DNA of 64,000 bases from NCBI GenBank assembly GCA_965233055.1, contig CBDDRJ010000015.1, positions 2,457-66,456 on the forward strand. The letters run 5' to 3'. Numbering within the stretch: position 1 is the stretch's first letter; each line of letters begins with the position of its first letter. Below the pieces are notes generated by a model. The model worked only from the letters and a program-made list of their open reading frames with translations. It had not been told where the DNA came from and made no database searches. This stretch comes from an uncultured bacterium. GTDB taxonomy: Bacteria; Pseudomonadota; Gammaproteobacteria; Burkholderiales; Burkholderiaceae_D. Shown here one piece after another: positions 9,480 through 17,908 of the stretch. The translations under genes were made by a program, and so were the position numbers.

Positions 9480-10955
9480 TCAGGCGACCGACCTGACGCC
9501 GAAGTCGACGCCGACCTCGTCCCACCATTCCTGCTCGCGTTCGATCCAGTAAGCGATGGTCGGGTGCTCGGTCATGCAGCGGCGGCGAATCTCCAGTTCG
9601 ACCCGGCTCTTCATGCGCAGCTTGACCTGCCCGACCTCGCCATCGATGCGCGCATGCATGAACAGCATCGCCAGCCGCAGCGCCAGCACGGCGCGCGCCA
9701 GGTCCGGGTCGACCAGCAATTCGCTGACCTTGCGCAGATTGCCCTTCTGGGCCAGGGCCAGGCGGCTCATGGTCTTTTGCTCGCGCGCGGTAAAGCCGGG
9801 CAAGTCGGCGTGCTCGATCATATAGGCCGTGTGCTTGTGGTAGCCGGTCTGCGACAGCGCCATGCCCACTTCGTGCAGCAGCGCGCTCCAGCCCAGCAGC
9901 TTGACGGGACCGTCGCCGTTCGGGCGCAGCTGCGCATACAGGGCCAGCGCATCGCTGGCCACGCGCTGGCCGCGCGCCAGGTCGACGTGGAATTTGCCGG
10001 CCAGCGCCAGCACCGCCTGCTCGCGCCGGTCGCGCTTGGTCGAGCGGAAGTACAGGTCCCACATCACGCCCATGCGCAAGCCCGCTTCGACCGCATTCAG
10101 CTGAGTGATCCCCAGCTCGGACACCAGCGCGATCAGGATCGCGATGCCGCCGACGATGGTGCTGGCACGGTCCGGGCGCAGGCCGGCCAGGTCGACCTTG
10201 CTGACATAGCCGAACCCGATGAAGCGCTCGCGCAGCAGCTGCAGGTTGGCCAGCGTCAGGCGGCCGTCGCCGAGCTTGTTCTTGGCGATGATGTCGGCGA
10301 TCGCGCGGATCGTGCCGGACGAGCCGTAGGCGGCCTTCCAGTTGCCGGCCTGGTAGGGCGGCGCCGCATCCTCGATGTGGCTGCGCGCCGACAGCACGGC
10401 CGCCTCGAACGAGGCGGCATCGACGCGACCGCCGACGAAGAAGGATAGGCTCTGCTTGACGGTGCCGACCGAGAACGACTCGACCCGCTCGATGTCCTGC
10501 CCGCGCCCGAGGATCAGTTCGGTCGAACCGCCGCCGATGTCGATGACCAGGCGCCGCTCCTGCGGGCTGGCCAGGGCATTGGCCACCCCCATATAGATCA
10601 GGCGCCCCTCTTCCTCGCCGGAAATGATTTCAATCGGATAGCCGAGCGCCTGTTCGCAGGCCGGCAGAAAGGTCCCCCCATTGGTGGCCTGGCGCATGGC
10701 CGAGGTGGCGACGACCCGCACGGCGTCGAGGTCATAGGCCGCCAGCGCGACCTTGAACTGGGCCAGGCAGTCGAGCGCCGACTGCATCGCCGCCGGCGTC
10801 AGCGCGCCCTTGGCGTCGAGGCCGGCCGCCAGCCGGATCGGCTCGCGCAGGCTCTTGATGACACGGATGACATCGCCCTCGTGCTGGCCGACGTGCAGCC
10901 GGAAACTATTGGACCCGAGATCTACCGCTGCATACATGGCTGGGCCTTTAATCAA
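9480..10955 (-). CDS. ppx: Exopolyphosphatase / guanosine pentaphosphate phosphohydrolase (Ppx/GppA family)
   Basis: It has the N-terminal YAAVDLGSNSFRLHV and VIDIGGGSTEL actin-like ATPase motifs. The C-terminal is HD-like (LHEVGMALSQTGYHKH). The start may instead be the ATG at 10937. Confidence 0.85.
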   Translation of the reverse strand: MIKGPAMYAAVDLGSNSFRLHVGQHEGDVIRVIKSLREPIRLAAGLDAKGALTPAAMQSALDCLAQFKVALAAYDLDAVRVVATSAMRQATNGGTFLPACEQALGYPIEIISGEEEGRLIYMGVANALASPQERRLVIDIGGGSTELILGRGQDIERVESFSVGTVKQSLSFFVGGRVDAASFEAAVLSARSHIEDAAPPYQAGNWKAAYGSSGTIRAIADIIAKNKLGDGRLTLANLQLLRERFIGFGYVSKVDLAGLRPDRASTIVGGIAILIALVSELGITQLNAVEAGLRMGVMWDLYFRSTKRDRREQAVLALAGKFHVDLARGQRVASDALALYAQLRPNGDGPVKLLGWSALLHEVGMALSQTGYHKHTAYMIEHADLPGFTAREQKTMSRLALAQKGNLRKVSELLVDPDLARAVLALRLAMLFMHARIDGEVGQVKLRMKSRVELEIRRRCMTEHPTIAYWIEREQEWWDEVGVDFGVRSVA

Positions 10956-11055
10956 AAAATCCTGACAGGATAAGCGACAAGTATGACGCCTTGGTGACGG
11001 CCGTCAAACAGGTACGGTGGCTACGCTTGCATACCCAGGCGCGACGCCGGCATCG

Positions 11056-11139
11056 TGCCGGCTTCACGCGTGGGTAAGCTCCGCAGCGCCAACATCATGC
11101 CGGCTCGACGCGTGGGCAAGCTCCGCTTACCCACCCTAC
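11056..11139. repeat. REP-like element: a 29-nt direct repeat (period 42 nt) plus a hairpin
   Basis: TGCCGGCTTCACGCGTGGGTAAGCTCCGC (11056-11084) is repeated as TGCCGGCTCGACGCGTGGGCAAGCTCCGC (11098-11126). This is followed by TTACCCACCCTAC, which forms a GTGGGCAAGC/GCTTACCCAC hairpin. The element overlaps the stop of the GGDEF gene. Confidence 0.6.
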
Positions 11140-12302
11140 ACGGCCAGCGCGTCCGGCGCCGCCGCTTCGACCACCCGGTTGCGCCCCGCCATCTTGGCCG
11201 TCTGCAAGGCCTCGTCGGCGCGCTTGAACAGGCTCACCGTGCTGTCGTCGGGACGGATCACCGTCACGCCCAGGCTGGCCGTGACGGTGATGACCGCCCG
11301 TTCACTCTTGACGGGCGTGTCGGCCAGCGCGCTGCGGATGCGCTCGGCCACCATCGCCGCTTCGGCCAGCCCTGTTCGCGGCAGCAGCACTGCGTATTCG
11401 GCCCCGCCCAGGCGGCCCAGCTGGTCGCTGTCGCGCAGCTGCTTCTTGCACACGTCGACGATGGCGCGCATGACGCTGTCGCCGACCGGATGGCCATAGC
11501 TGTCGTTGACGCGCTTGAAATGGTCGAGGTCGAACACGATCAGCGAAGTCGGGGTGCCGGGCCGGCGCGCCAGCGACATCCACGGCGTCAGCGCGCTGAA
11601 GAAGCCGCGCCGGTTCGGCACGTCGGTCAGCATGTCGACCACCGCCACACGCGCCAGTTCGGCCTGCAACTGCTCGCGCGACAGCAGCAGGTAGCCGAAG
11701 CTGCCCAGCATCATCAGCAGGAATAGCGCGCCCGACGACAGCAGCAGCGACAGATTGTTGCTCATCCAGCCCCAGCCGTCGGGCATCGCCACCATCAGCA
11801 CGCCGCGCGAAGCGACCATCAGCGCCAGCAGGCTGACCGACACCACCAGGAAACGGCGCAGCATGCTGGCGCTGCGCCAGCGCTGCGACATGGCCGCCGC
11901 GCTGGCCAGGTACAGGCCGCACAGCATCAGCGATCCGACCAGCACGCGCACGGCCGGCTCGTCGACCAGGTAGCAGCCGATATAGATGGCGATGGCCGGG
12001 CCCAGCAGCATCAAGATGGTGCGCCGGCCGAACGGGCGGTCGGCCGCTTCCCACATCGCGCCGGCGTCGAGCGCGATGCCGAAGAACAGGATCGAATAAC
12101 CGAGCGGGATCGACACCGCGTCCGGCACGATGCCGCTGCCGCGCAGGAACAGGATCAGCCAGGCCACCGCCTGGCATTGCTTGGCAATGGTCCAGGTGGT
12201 CAGGGCCAGCGGCTTCTTGCTGTCGTACTCGAAAAAGAACAGCGCCGCGCACAGGCTCAGATTGCCCATGGCCAGCGCCAGCACCATTGTATTGATATCC
12301 AT
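11136..12302 (-). CDS. Membrane-anchored GGDEF-domain protein with a degenerate active site (GGAEY) and a retained RxxD I-site
   Basis: The N-terminal ~200 aa is polytopic. The GGDEF domain has FDLDHFKRVNDSYGHPVGD and ...LRDSDQLGRLGGAEYAVLLP. I verified the codons GGC GGG GCC GAA TAC. Confidence 0.8.
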   Translation of the reverse strand: MDINTMVLALAMGNLSLCAALFFFEYDSKKPLALTTWTIAKQCQAVAWLILFLRGSGIVPDAVSIPLGYSILFFGIALDAGAMWEAADRPFGRRTILMLLGPAIAIYIGCYLVDEPAVRVLVGSLMLCGLYLASAAAMSQRWRSASMLRRFLVVSVSLLALMVASRGVLMVAMPDGWGWMSNNLSLLLSSGALFLLMMLGSFGYLLLSREQLQAELARVAVVDMLTDVPNRRGFFSALTPWMSLARRPGTPTSLIVFDLDHFKRVNDSYGHPVGDSVMRAIVDVCKKQLRDSDQLGRLGGAEYAVLLPRTGLAEAAMVAERIRSALADTPVKSERAVITVTASLGVTVIRPDDSTVSLFKRADEALQTAKMAGRNRVVEAAAPDALAV

Positions 12303-12334
12303 ATTGCCCTACGCAGACCGGCACGGTGCGTGCA

Positions 12335-12610
12335 TTAAATCTCGTGCTCGACGTGGGTGCTGCCGTCGCCGATCTTGCTGGCCCAGGCTTGCACGAAGAA
12401 ATGCTTGTCCTGCTCGGTCGGGGTGTCGTTCCAGAACACGATCAGCGTACCTTTGTGGTCGTGGATCTGGGTTACCTTCTCGATGAAGTAGTCGACGCCG
12501 GCAGCGTCGGCCAGCGCCATCACGTAGCCATAGACCCGCGTCAGGCGCTCGATGCGGTCCGGTTCGGTCAAGCTGTTGGTCGCGGTAATGGTCGGGTGGT
12601 CTAAGAACAT
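12335..12610 (-). CDS. Hypothetical small protein (91 aa)
   Basis: The ATG at 12610 is preceded by GGAGA. The frame shows the high third-position GC typical of local genes. I recognised no motif. Confidence 0.5.
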   Translation of the reverse strand: MFLDHPTITATNSLTEPDRIERLTRVYGYVMALADAAGVDYFIEKVTQIHDHKGTLIVFWNDTPTEQDKHFFVQAWASKIGDGSTHVEHEI

Positions 12611-12762
12611 AAAGTCTCCAATGCGGCAGGACAGTGGCAGCCATCCCACATTGACAATGTACCACGCACTTTAAGCCATGCAAAATGCATTGGGCTGGTA
12701 GCAGCTTATCAGAAACTAATGCTGTCCAACAAGGACTCTGCATGCCATATACTTAACACATC

Positions 12763-13584
12763 ATGTCAAGATCGCACGACACCCGCCCCGCCCCGCCGCT
12801 GGTCACGACCGAAAACGGCGTGCGCACGCTCGCCTTCCGCCGCGGCGACGTGCAAAGCGCGATGCGGCTCGACCGCCCCGACCAGCTGGTGCTGGCCTAT
12901 GTGCGCGCGATGATGTGCTTCGTGCTGTTCGTGCCGCGCCCGCGCCACATCCTGATGGTCGGGCTGGGCGGCGGCTCGCTGGCCAAGTTCTGCTACCGCC
13001 ATTTCCCCGACTGCCGCATCACCGTGGTCGAACTGCGCGCCGACGTGATCGCGCTGCGCGAGCAGTTCTGCGTGCCGCCCGACGACGCCCGCTTCACCGT
13101 CGTGCATGCCGACGCCACCGCCTACGTGGCCGGCTTGCAGCACGAGGTCGATGTGCTGATGGTCGATGGCTTTGATGCAAACGGCCTGCCGGCCGCGCTG
13201 TGCAGCGCCAAGTTCTATGTCGACTGCCGCCGCGCGCTGCGGCGCAACGGGGTGCTGGTGGCCAATGTGTTCAGCTACGACACGCGCTACCCGGCCGTGC
13301 TGGCGCGGCTCGACCTGATCTTCAACCGCAAGCTGTGCTGGTTCGACCGCGCCGCCGGCAACAACCGCATCCTGTTCGCCGTCAATGTGCCGTTCCGAAC
13401 GGAAGCTGGCGAAGCGCTGGCGTGGCCGGTGCGGGTGCAGCAGTGGATCGTGCGCCGTAACGGCCTCGGCCTGGCGGGCCTGAACCGGCTGCTGGTGCGC
13501 GCCATCATCGCCTGGTACGAGCGCCCTACCTGGCTTTGGCCTGGATCTCGATGTCGGCCAGCGACTCGCGGCCCTTGTCCGTGA
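12763..13584 (+). CDS. Spermidine-synthase-like class I SAM-dependent transferase
   Basis: It has ILMVGLGGGSLAKF (motif I), ITVVELRADV and DVLMVDGFD, the pattern of polyamine aminopropyltransferase-like proteins. The 3' end overlaps the convergent ORF by ~59 nt, so the stop may be mis-assigned. Confidence 0.65.
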   Translation: MSRSHDTRPAPPLVTTENGVRTLAFRRGDVQSAMRLDRPDQLVLAYVRAMMCFVLFVPRPRHILMVGLGGGSLAKFCYRHFPDCRITVVELRADVIALREQFCVPPDDARFTVVHADATAYVAGLQHEVDVLMVDGFDANGLPAALCSAKFYVDCRRALRRNGVLVANVFSYDTRYPAVLARLDLIFNRKLCWFDRAAGNNRILFAVNVPFRTEAGEALAWPVRVQQWIVRRNGLGLAGLNRLLVRAIIAWYERPTWLWPGSRCRPATRGPCP

Positions 13585-13948
13585 CTTTATTGCCGCCCCC
13601 TTCGAGCGGGGCAATATGGGATTTTTTGCCGAGGAACAGGGCCACGTCGGCCGCCAGCGGCGCCTGCGGGTCGGCCGCCACGGCGCGCAGGCCGAGGATG
13701 CAGCGGCGCACGAATAGCAGCTGCTGGCCTTTTTCGACAATGGAGACTTTGCCGTCGCGGCCGTACTGGATCAGCTTGAGGCCCGACAGGCGCTTGACAT
13801 TGCGGCCGACGCAGGCGTTGACCCGGTCGTGTTTGGCGCCGCCGGCGATTTGTTCGAGCGCGTCGTATTCGTCGCCCGTCAGTGTTTGATTCTTCATTGC
13901 TGCTTTCATGGTGCCGCGCAGGGCGACAAATTCGCCCCGGGGCACCAT
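13526..13948 (-). CDS. Hypothetical protein (~125-140 aa)
   Basis: The frame is coding-like. Candidate starts lie at 13948, 13909 and 13897. I recognised no motif. Confidence 0.45.
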   Translation of the reverse strand: MVPRGEFVALRGTMKAAMKNQTLTGDEYDALEQIAGGAKHDRVNACVGRNVKRLSGLKLIQYGRDGKVSIVEKGQQLLFVRRCILGLRAVAADPQAPLAADVALFLGKKSHIAPLEGGGNKVTDKGRESLADIEIQAKAR

Positions 13949-13966
13949 GGTAACCGGGCCAGCCTG

Positions 13967-14107
13967 TCAGGGCAAGGAACGGATCAGCAGCCAGGCCAGG
14001 CCGATGGTGGCAAAAGCGGCGACCACGAGCGTTGCCTGCAGGCGCGTCGAGCCCAGCACCGTGGTGCGGCGGCCCAGGTAGATTTTATGATGCAGGGAAT
14101 TGCCCAT
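13967..14107 (-). CDS. 46-aa small membrane protein (below the ORF-track cutoff)
   Basis: The ATG at 14107 has GGAGGA 6 nt upstream. The translation is MGNSLHHKIYLGRRTTVLGSTRLQATLVVAAFATIGLAWLLIRSLP*, with one C-terminal TM helix. Confidence 0.4.
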   Translation of the reverse strand: MGNSLHHKIYLGRRTTVLGSTRLQATLVVAAFATIGLAWLLIRSLP

Positions 14108-14288
14108 GATGTCCTCCTCAGACGGAAAAAACGTGTTGATGCACCATTATAAAAAGCCGGCGCTTGCTACGATGTGACGCAAGACACAAAAGAAATCTTT
14201 GTGTTCATAAAGCAACGGTTTTTCCCGGCAGCTAAGGCGCGCCGCACGAATGCCGGTTTTGCTAAGGTGGGGCCATCAGGAGGACACC

Positions 14289-14537
14289 ATGAGCCGCCCG
14301 CGCCAGCCCCATTCCGACGACGTCAAGGTACCGCCGTGGCATGACGAAGCCGACATCGGCAGCGGGGGAAAAACCCCGGCCGACCACGAAACCGACGAGT
14401 TGATCCGGCAAATCCCCCCGTTGCCGCCGCCGGCCGCGCCAGCGCGGCCCGGGCGGCCGGCCGCTGATTTCCGGCATGATCGCGGCGCCGGCGGCGAGTG
14501 TTGCCGGCGAGATAGCGTTGTTTTCATTTCACACTAG
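14289..14537 (+). CDS. Hypothetical small protein (82 aa)
   Basis: The ATG at 14289 follows AGGAGGA. Third-position GC is high in the first two thirds. The protein is Pro/Asp-rich with no recognisable domain. Confidence 0.4.
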   Translation: MSRPRQPHSDDVKVPPWHDEADIGSGGKTPADHETDELIRQIPPLPPPAAPARPGRPAADFRHDRGAGGECCRRDSVVFISH

Positions 14538-14569
14538 GCGGCGCACCGCAGGCAGCGCATAATCCTTGC

Positions 14570-16813
14570 ATGGGGTTAAAGTTCACCGTGCCAAGTGAGG
14601 TTGCCGTGCTGAACCACTATTCGCGAATCCGCCTGTTCCCATTGCTGCCACTGGCCGCCCTCGCCTTGCCCGCGGCCGCCCAGCAAGCGCCCGATCCGAC
14701 CCCGGCCGTCATCATCTTCGGCAGCGGCCAGACGCGCCAGGTGCAAAACATCACGCGCGGCGACCTGCAGAAGGCGCTGCCCGGCACCAGCCCCTTGAAG
14801 ACGCTGGAAAAACTGCCGGGCGTGAGCTTCCAGTCGTCGGACGCGTTCGGCAGCTACGAATGGTCGACCCGCTTCAGCGTGCGCGGCTTCAGCCAGGGCC
14901 AGCTGGGCTTCACGCTCGACAATGTCCCGCTTGGCAATATGAGCTACGGCAACAACAACGGCCTGCACATCAGCCGCGCCATCTCGGCCGAGAACCTCGG
15001 CCAGGTCGACCTGTCGCAAGGCGCGGGCGCGGTCGGCACCGCCTCGTCGGGCAATCTGGGCGGCACCGTGCAGTTCATTTCGAGCAGCCCCCATGAAACG
15101 GCCGGCCTGACTGCCGTGCAGACCCTGGGCAGCCACCAGATGGCGCGCACCTATCTGCGCGCCGACAGTGGCCAGTTCGGCAATGGCACGCTGGCCTACG
15201 CCAGCGTCACGCGCCAGCGCGCGATGAAATGGAAGGGCGACGGCCCGCAGGACCAGGACCTGATCAACACCAAACTGGTCCAGCGCTTCGGCGAGCACAG
15301 TTTCAGCGCCTTTTACAATTATTCGGACCGCAGCGAAAACGATTACCAGGACTTGTCGCCCGACGCCCAGCGCCGCCTCGGCTGGCACTGGGACAATTAC
15401 GCGCCCGACTGGCAGCGCGCGCTGGAAGCGGCCAAAGGGCACTACAGCGGCGGCGTCAATAATATGGACGATGCCTATTACGATGCGCGCGGCCTGCGCC
15501 GCGACCACCTCGCAGGCGCCACATTGAGCGTCGTGGCCGGCCCCGACCTGTCGGCCCGCGCCACCGCCTACCACCACAGCAACGAGGGCCAGGGCCACTG
15601 GTACACGCCTTACCAGGCCAGCTCGGCCACGGTGCCGATTTCGATCCGCACCACCGAATACGCGATCCGGCGCAATGGCGTCGTTGCCGACCTCAGTTGG
15701 GAATGGGGCAGGCACACGATCAATGCCGGCCTGTGGATCGAGCAGAACCGGCACACGCTGACGCGCAATTTCTATGCCGTCAACGGCCCGGAGGACAGCA
15801 ACCGCTTCCTGAGCAACCCCTTCCTGACCGGCTTCAAGCAAGTGTTCGACACCCGCACCCGCCAGTGGTTTGTGCAGGACACCGTCCTGCTGATGGACGA
15901 CAGGCTCAAAGTCAATGCCGGCTTCAAGAGCCCCGACTCGACCATCGACGCCACCAGCATCAACGCGGCGCGCGCGGCCGGCAGGCTGGCCGCGTCCAGG
16001 CCCTTGTTGCCGCAACTGGGACTGAACTACGACGCCAGCGCCAGCGATGAAGTATTCGCCTCCGTCTCGCGCAATCTGCGCGCCTTCGAGGCCGGCGTCT
16101 ATGGCCAGTTCTCGCAAAGCCAGGCCGCCTTCAATGCCAGCGCCGCCCAGCTCAAGCCGGAAACTTCGGTGACGATGGACCTGGGCTACCGCTTCAAGCG
16201 GGCCGGCCTGGCCGGCTCGGTGGCCATCTACCGCGCCGATTTCAGCGACCGCCTGCTGTCGGTCGCCACCTGCCTCGGCGTGGTCGGCTGCCCCAACACC
16301 ATCGTCAACGTCGGCAAGGTCGCCACCCGCGGCGTCGAGGCGGCCGCCAGCTGGACCTTCGCGCCGCGCTGGACCTGGTTCAACACGCTGACCTGGAACG
16401 ATTCGACCTACCGCGACGACTACCGCGACGGCGCGGCGCTGGTGGCGGTCAGCGGCAAGCAGGTGGTCGATGCGCCGCGCCTGATGCTGGCGACCGAAAT
16501 CGGCATCGACACGCGTCGCTGGTTCACCCGCCTGTCGGCCAAGTACACCGGGCGCCGCTTCTACACCTACCTGAACGACGCCGGCGTGCCGGCCTACTGG
16601 GTGGCCAGCCTGGCCGGCGGCATCAAGTTCGGCAAGGCGGGCCCGGTCAAGGACCTGGCGCTGCAGTTCCATGCCAGTAACCTGCTCGACAGGCGATACT
16701 TCGGCACCATCGGCACCAACCAGTTCGTCGCCAGCGACCCGAACGGCCTGTTCCCGACCTTGCATACGGGCGCGCCGCGCGAAATATTCGTCACCGTCAG
16801 CGGCAGTTTGTAA
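14570..16813 (+). CDS. TonB-dependent outer-membrane receptor
   Basis: It has a signal peptide (...LALPAAAQQ), a plug region (LPGVSFQSSD...RGF) and a long beta-barrel. The C-terminal REIFVTVSGSL is a terminal aromatic-type motif. The start may be the GTG at ~14606. Confidence 0.85.
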   Translation: MGLKFTVPSEVAVLNHYSRIRLFPLLPLAALALPAAAQQAPDPTPAVIIFGSGQTRQVQNITRGDLQKALPGTSPLKTLEKLPGVSFQSSDAFGSYEWSTRFSVRGFSQGQLGFTLDNVPLGNMSYGNNNGLHISRAISAENLGQVDLSQGAGAVGTASSGNLGGTVQFISSSPHETAGLTAVQTLGSHQMARTYLRADSGQFGNGTLAYASVTRQRAMKWKGDGPQDQDLINTKLVQRFGEHSFSAFYNYSDRSENDYQDLSPDAQRRLGWHWDNYAPDWQRALEAAKGHYSGGVNNMDDAYYDARGLRRDHLAGATLSVVAGPDLSARATAYHHSNEGQGHWYTPYQASSATVPISIRTTEYAIRRNGVVADLSWEWGRHTINAGLWIEQNRHTLTRNFYAVNGPEDSNRFLSNPFLTGFKQVFDTRTRQWFVQDTVLLMDDRLKVNAGFKSPDSTIDATSINAARAAGRLAASRPLLPQLGLNYDASASDEVFASVSRNLRAFEAGVYGQFSQSQAAFNASAAQLKPETSVTMDLGYRFKRAGLAGSVAIYRADFSDRLLSVATCLGVVGCPNTIVNVGKVATRGVEAAASWTFAPRWTWFNTLTWNDSTYRDDYRDGAALVAVSGKQVVDAPRLMLATEIGIDTRRWFTRLSAKYTGRRFYTYLNDAGVPAYWVASLAGGIKFGKAGPVKDLALQFHASNLLDRRYFGTIGTNQFVASDPNGLFPTLHTGAPREIFVTVSGSL

Positions 16814-16897
16814 CAAGCGTTAACATAATCCGCGTTAGAAACTTTTCGCGGCTCGATAAGCGTTACACTATCCTTTTGACAAAGGGATCGTTGCCGC

Positions 16898-17731
16898 GTG
16901 ATGCAGAGCCAGTTCAAGACAGCGTGGATGGGGGCAGCACTGGCGTTGGCCTTGCTGCCGGCCCGCGCCGCCGACCTGCCCCCGGCGACCGACCCGGCCA
17001 AACCGCTTTCCATTTCGATCTGCGAAGACGAGAACGAGTGGCCGCCCTACTCGTATTTCCTGCGCGTCGACGGCAAGAAGAGCCAGAAACTGGTTGGCTA
17101 CGCGGTCGACGTCATCGACGAGATTTTCACCCGCCACCATATCCGCTACCGCATCGACATGATCCCGTGGGCCCGCTGCATGGCGGTAACAAAGATCGGC
17201 AAGCAATACCAGATGGTGCTGAACCTGTCGTTCAGTCCCGAACGCATGCAGGCACTGCTGTTTTCGCGGCCGTATTATTCGACCACCGTCTACTATTACT
17301 ATTCGAAGCGGCGCCACCCGGACGGGCTGGCCGTCAAGGGCCCGGCCGACCTGCGCTCTTACCGCCTGTGCGGCGTGCGCGGCTACAACTACGTCGGCTA
17401 CGGCATCGACGCCGCGGCGATCGACCAGGGCGCGGGCGACTTCACCGCCCTGATCGCCAAGATGCACCTGGGCCGCTGCGACCTGTTCCTGGAAAAGAAT
17501 GAAATCATGACGGCCTACGCCGCCATCGGCCGCGACTACCTGGCCGACCCCGACGTCGGCCGCGCACCGATGCCGGGCATGAAGCCGGGCCTGTTCCATT
17601 TCGGCATCTCGCGCAAGTATCCAGAGGCGGAATCCTTGCGCACGCTGGTCGACCAGGAACTGGTCAGGATGGAAGACAGCGGCCGCCTGCATGAAATCTG
17701 GATCCGTGCCTCCCGCCTGAACAAACCCTGA
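16898..17731 (+). CDS. Periplasmic solute-binding protein, family-3-like (third paralog type)
   Basis: The protein is 277 aa with a signal peptide (MGAALALALLPARA). It has LSISICEDENEWPPYSY, analogous to the CFER..VPPW motif of the other two. Confidence 0.65.
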   Translation: MMQSQFKTAWMGAALALALLPARAADLPPATDPAKPLSISICEDENEWPPYSYFLRVDGKKSQKLVGYAVDVIDEIFTRHHIRYRIDMIPWARCMAVTKIGKQYQMVLNLSFSPERMQALLFSRPYYSTTVYYYYSKRRHPDGLAVKGPADLRSYRLCGVRGYNYVGYGIDAAAIDQGAGDFTALIAKMHLGRCDLFLEKNEIMTAYAAIGRDYLADPDVGRAPMPGMKPGLFHFGISRKYPEAESLRTLVDQELVRMEDSGRLHEIWIRASRLNKP

Positions 17732-17908
17732 CGCTGCGCATCAATATATAGGCTGGGTAACTCCCTTACCCACGCGTTGATCCGCCGGCCTAAGATCGGA
17801 TTGCTGAGTCGCTCGCATGTCATTCTCCTCATTCTGCTTGGTCGCAATTCCAGTTCAGGATCTGATTTGCCAGCGGCTCAGCTCTTTTCAATCATAGTAT
17901 CGACACGA

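Noticed and set aside
8665-10062. A 465-aa ORF spanning the second binding-protein gene and part of ppx.
   Set aside because: Only the last 253 codons (from the ATG at 9426, with a signal peptide) look like a real protein. The upstream part is Arg/Pro/Gly-rich and runs antisense through ppx.
14511-14530. A possible Fur box (GATAGCGTTGTTTTCATTTC) upstream of the TonB-dependent receptor.
   Set aside because: Only about 9 of 19 positions match the GATAATGATAATCATTATC consensus by hand alignment. That is too weak to call.
14640-14660. GCCACTG, which resembles a cobalamin-riboswitch B12 box.
   Set aside because: It lies inside the receptor's signal-peptide coding sequence. None of the other conserved riboswitch elements are evident upstream.
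14576-16816. A 746-aa ORF antisense to the TonB-dependent receptor. Similar long shadows occur at 34328-36907 (+), 31923-34034 (+), 42784-45003 (-), 49432-51693 (+) and 38022-39221 (+).
   Set aside because: All are low-complexity Arg/Gly/Ala-rich translations lying opposite genes with clear family motifs. I treat them as artefacts of GC-rich codon bias.
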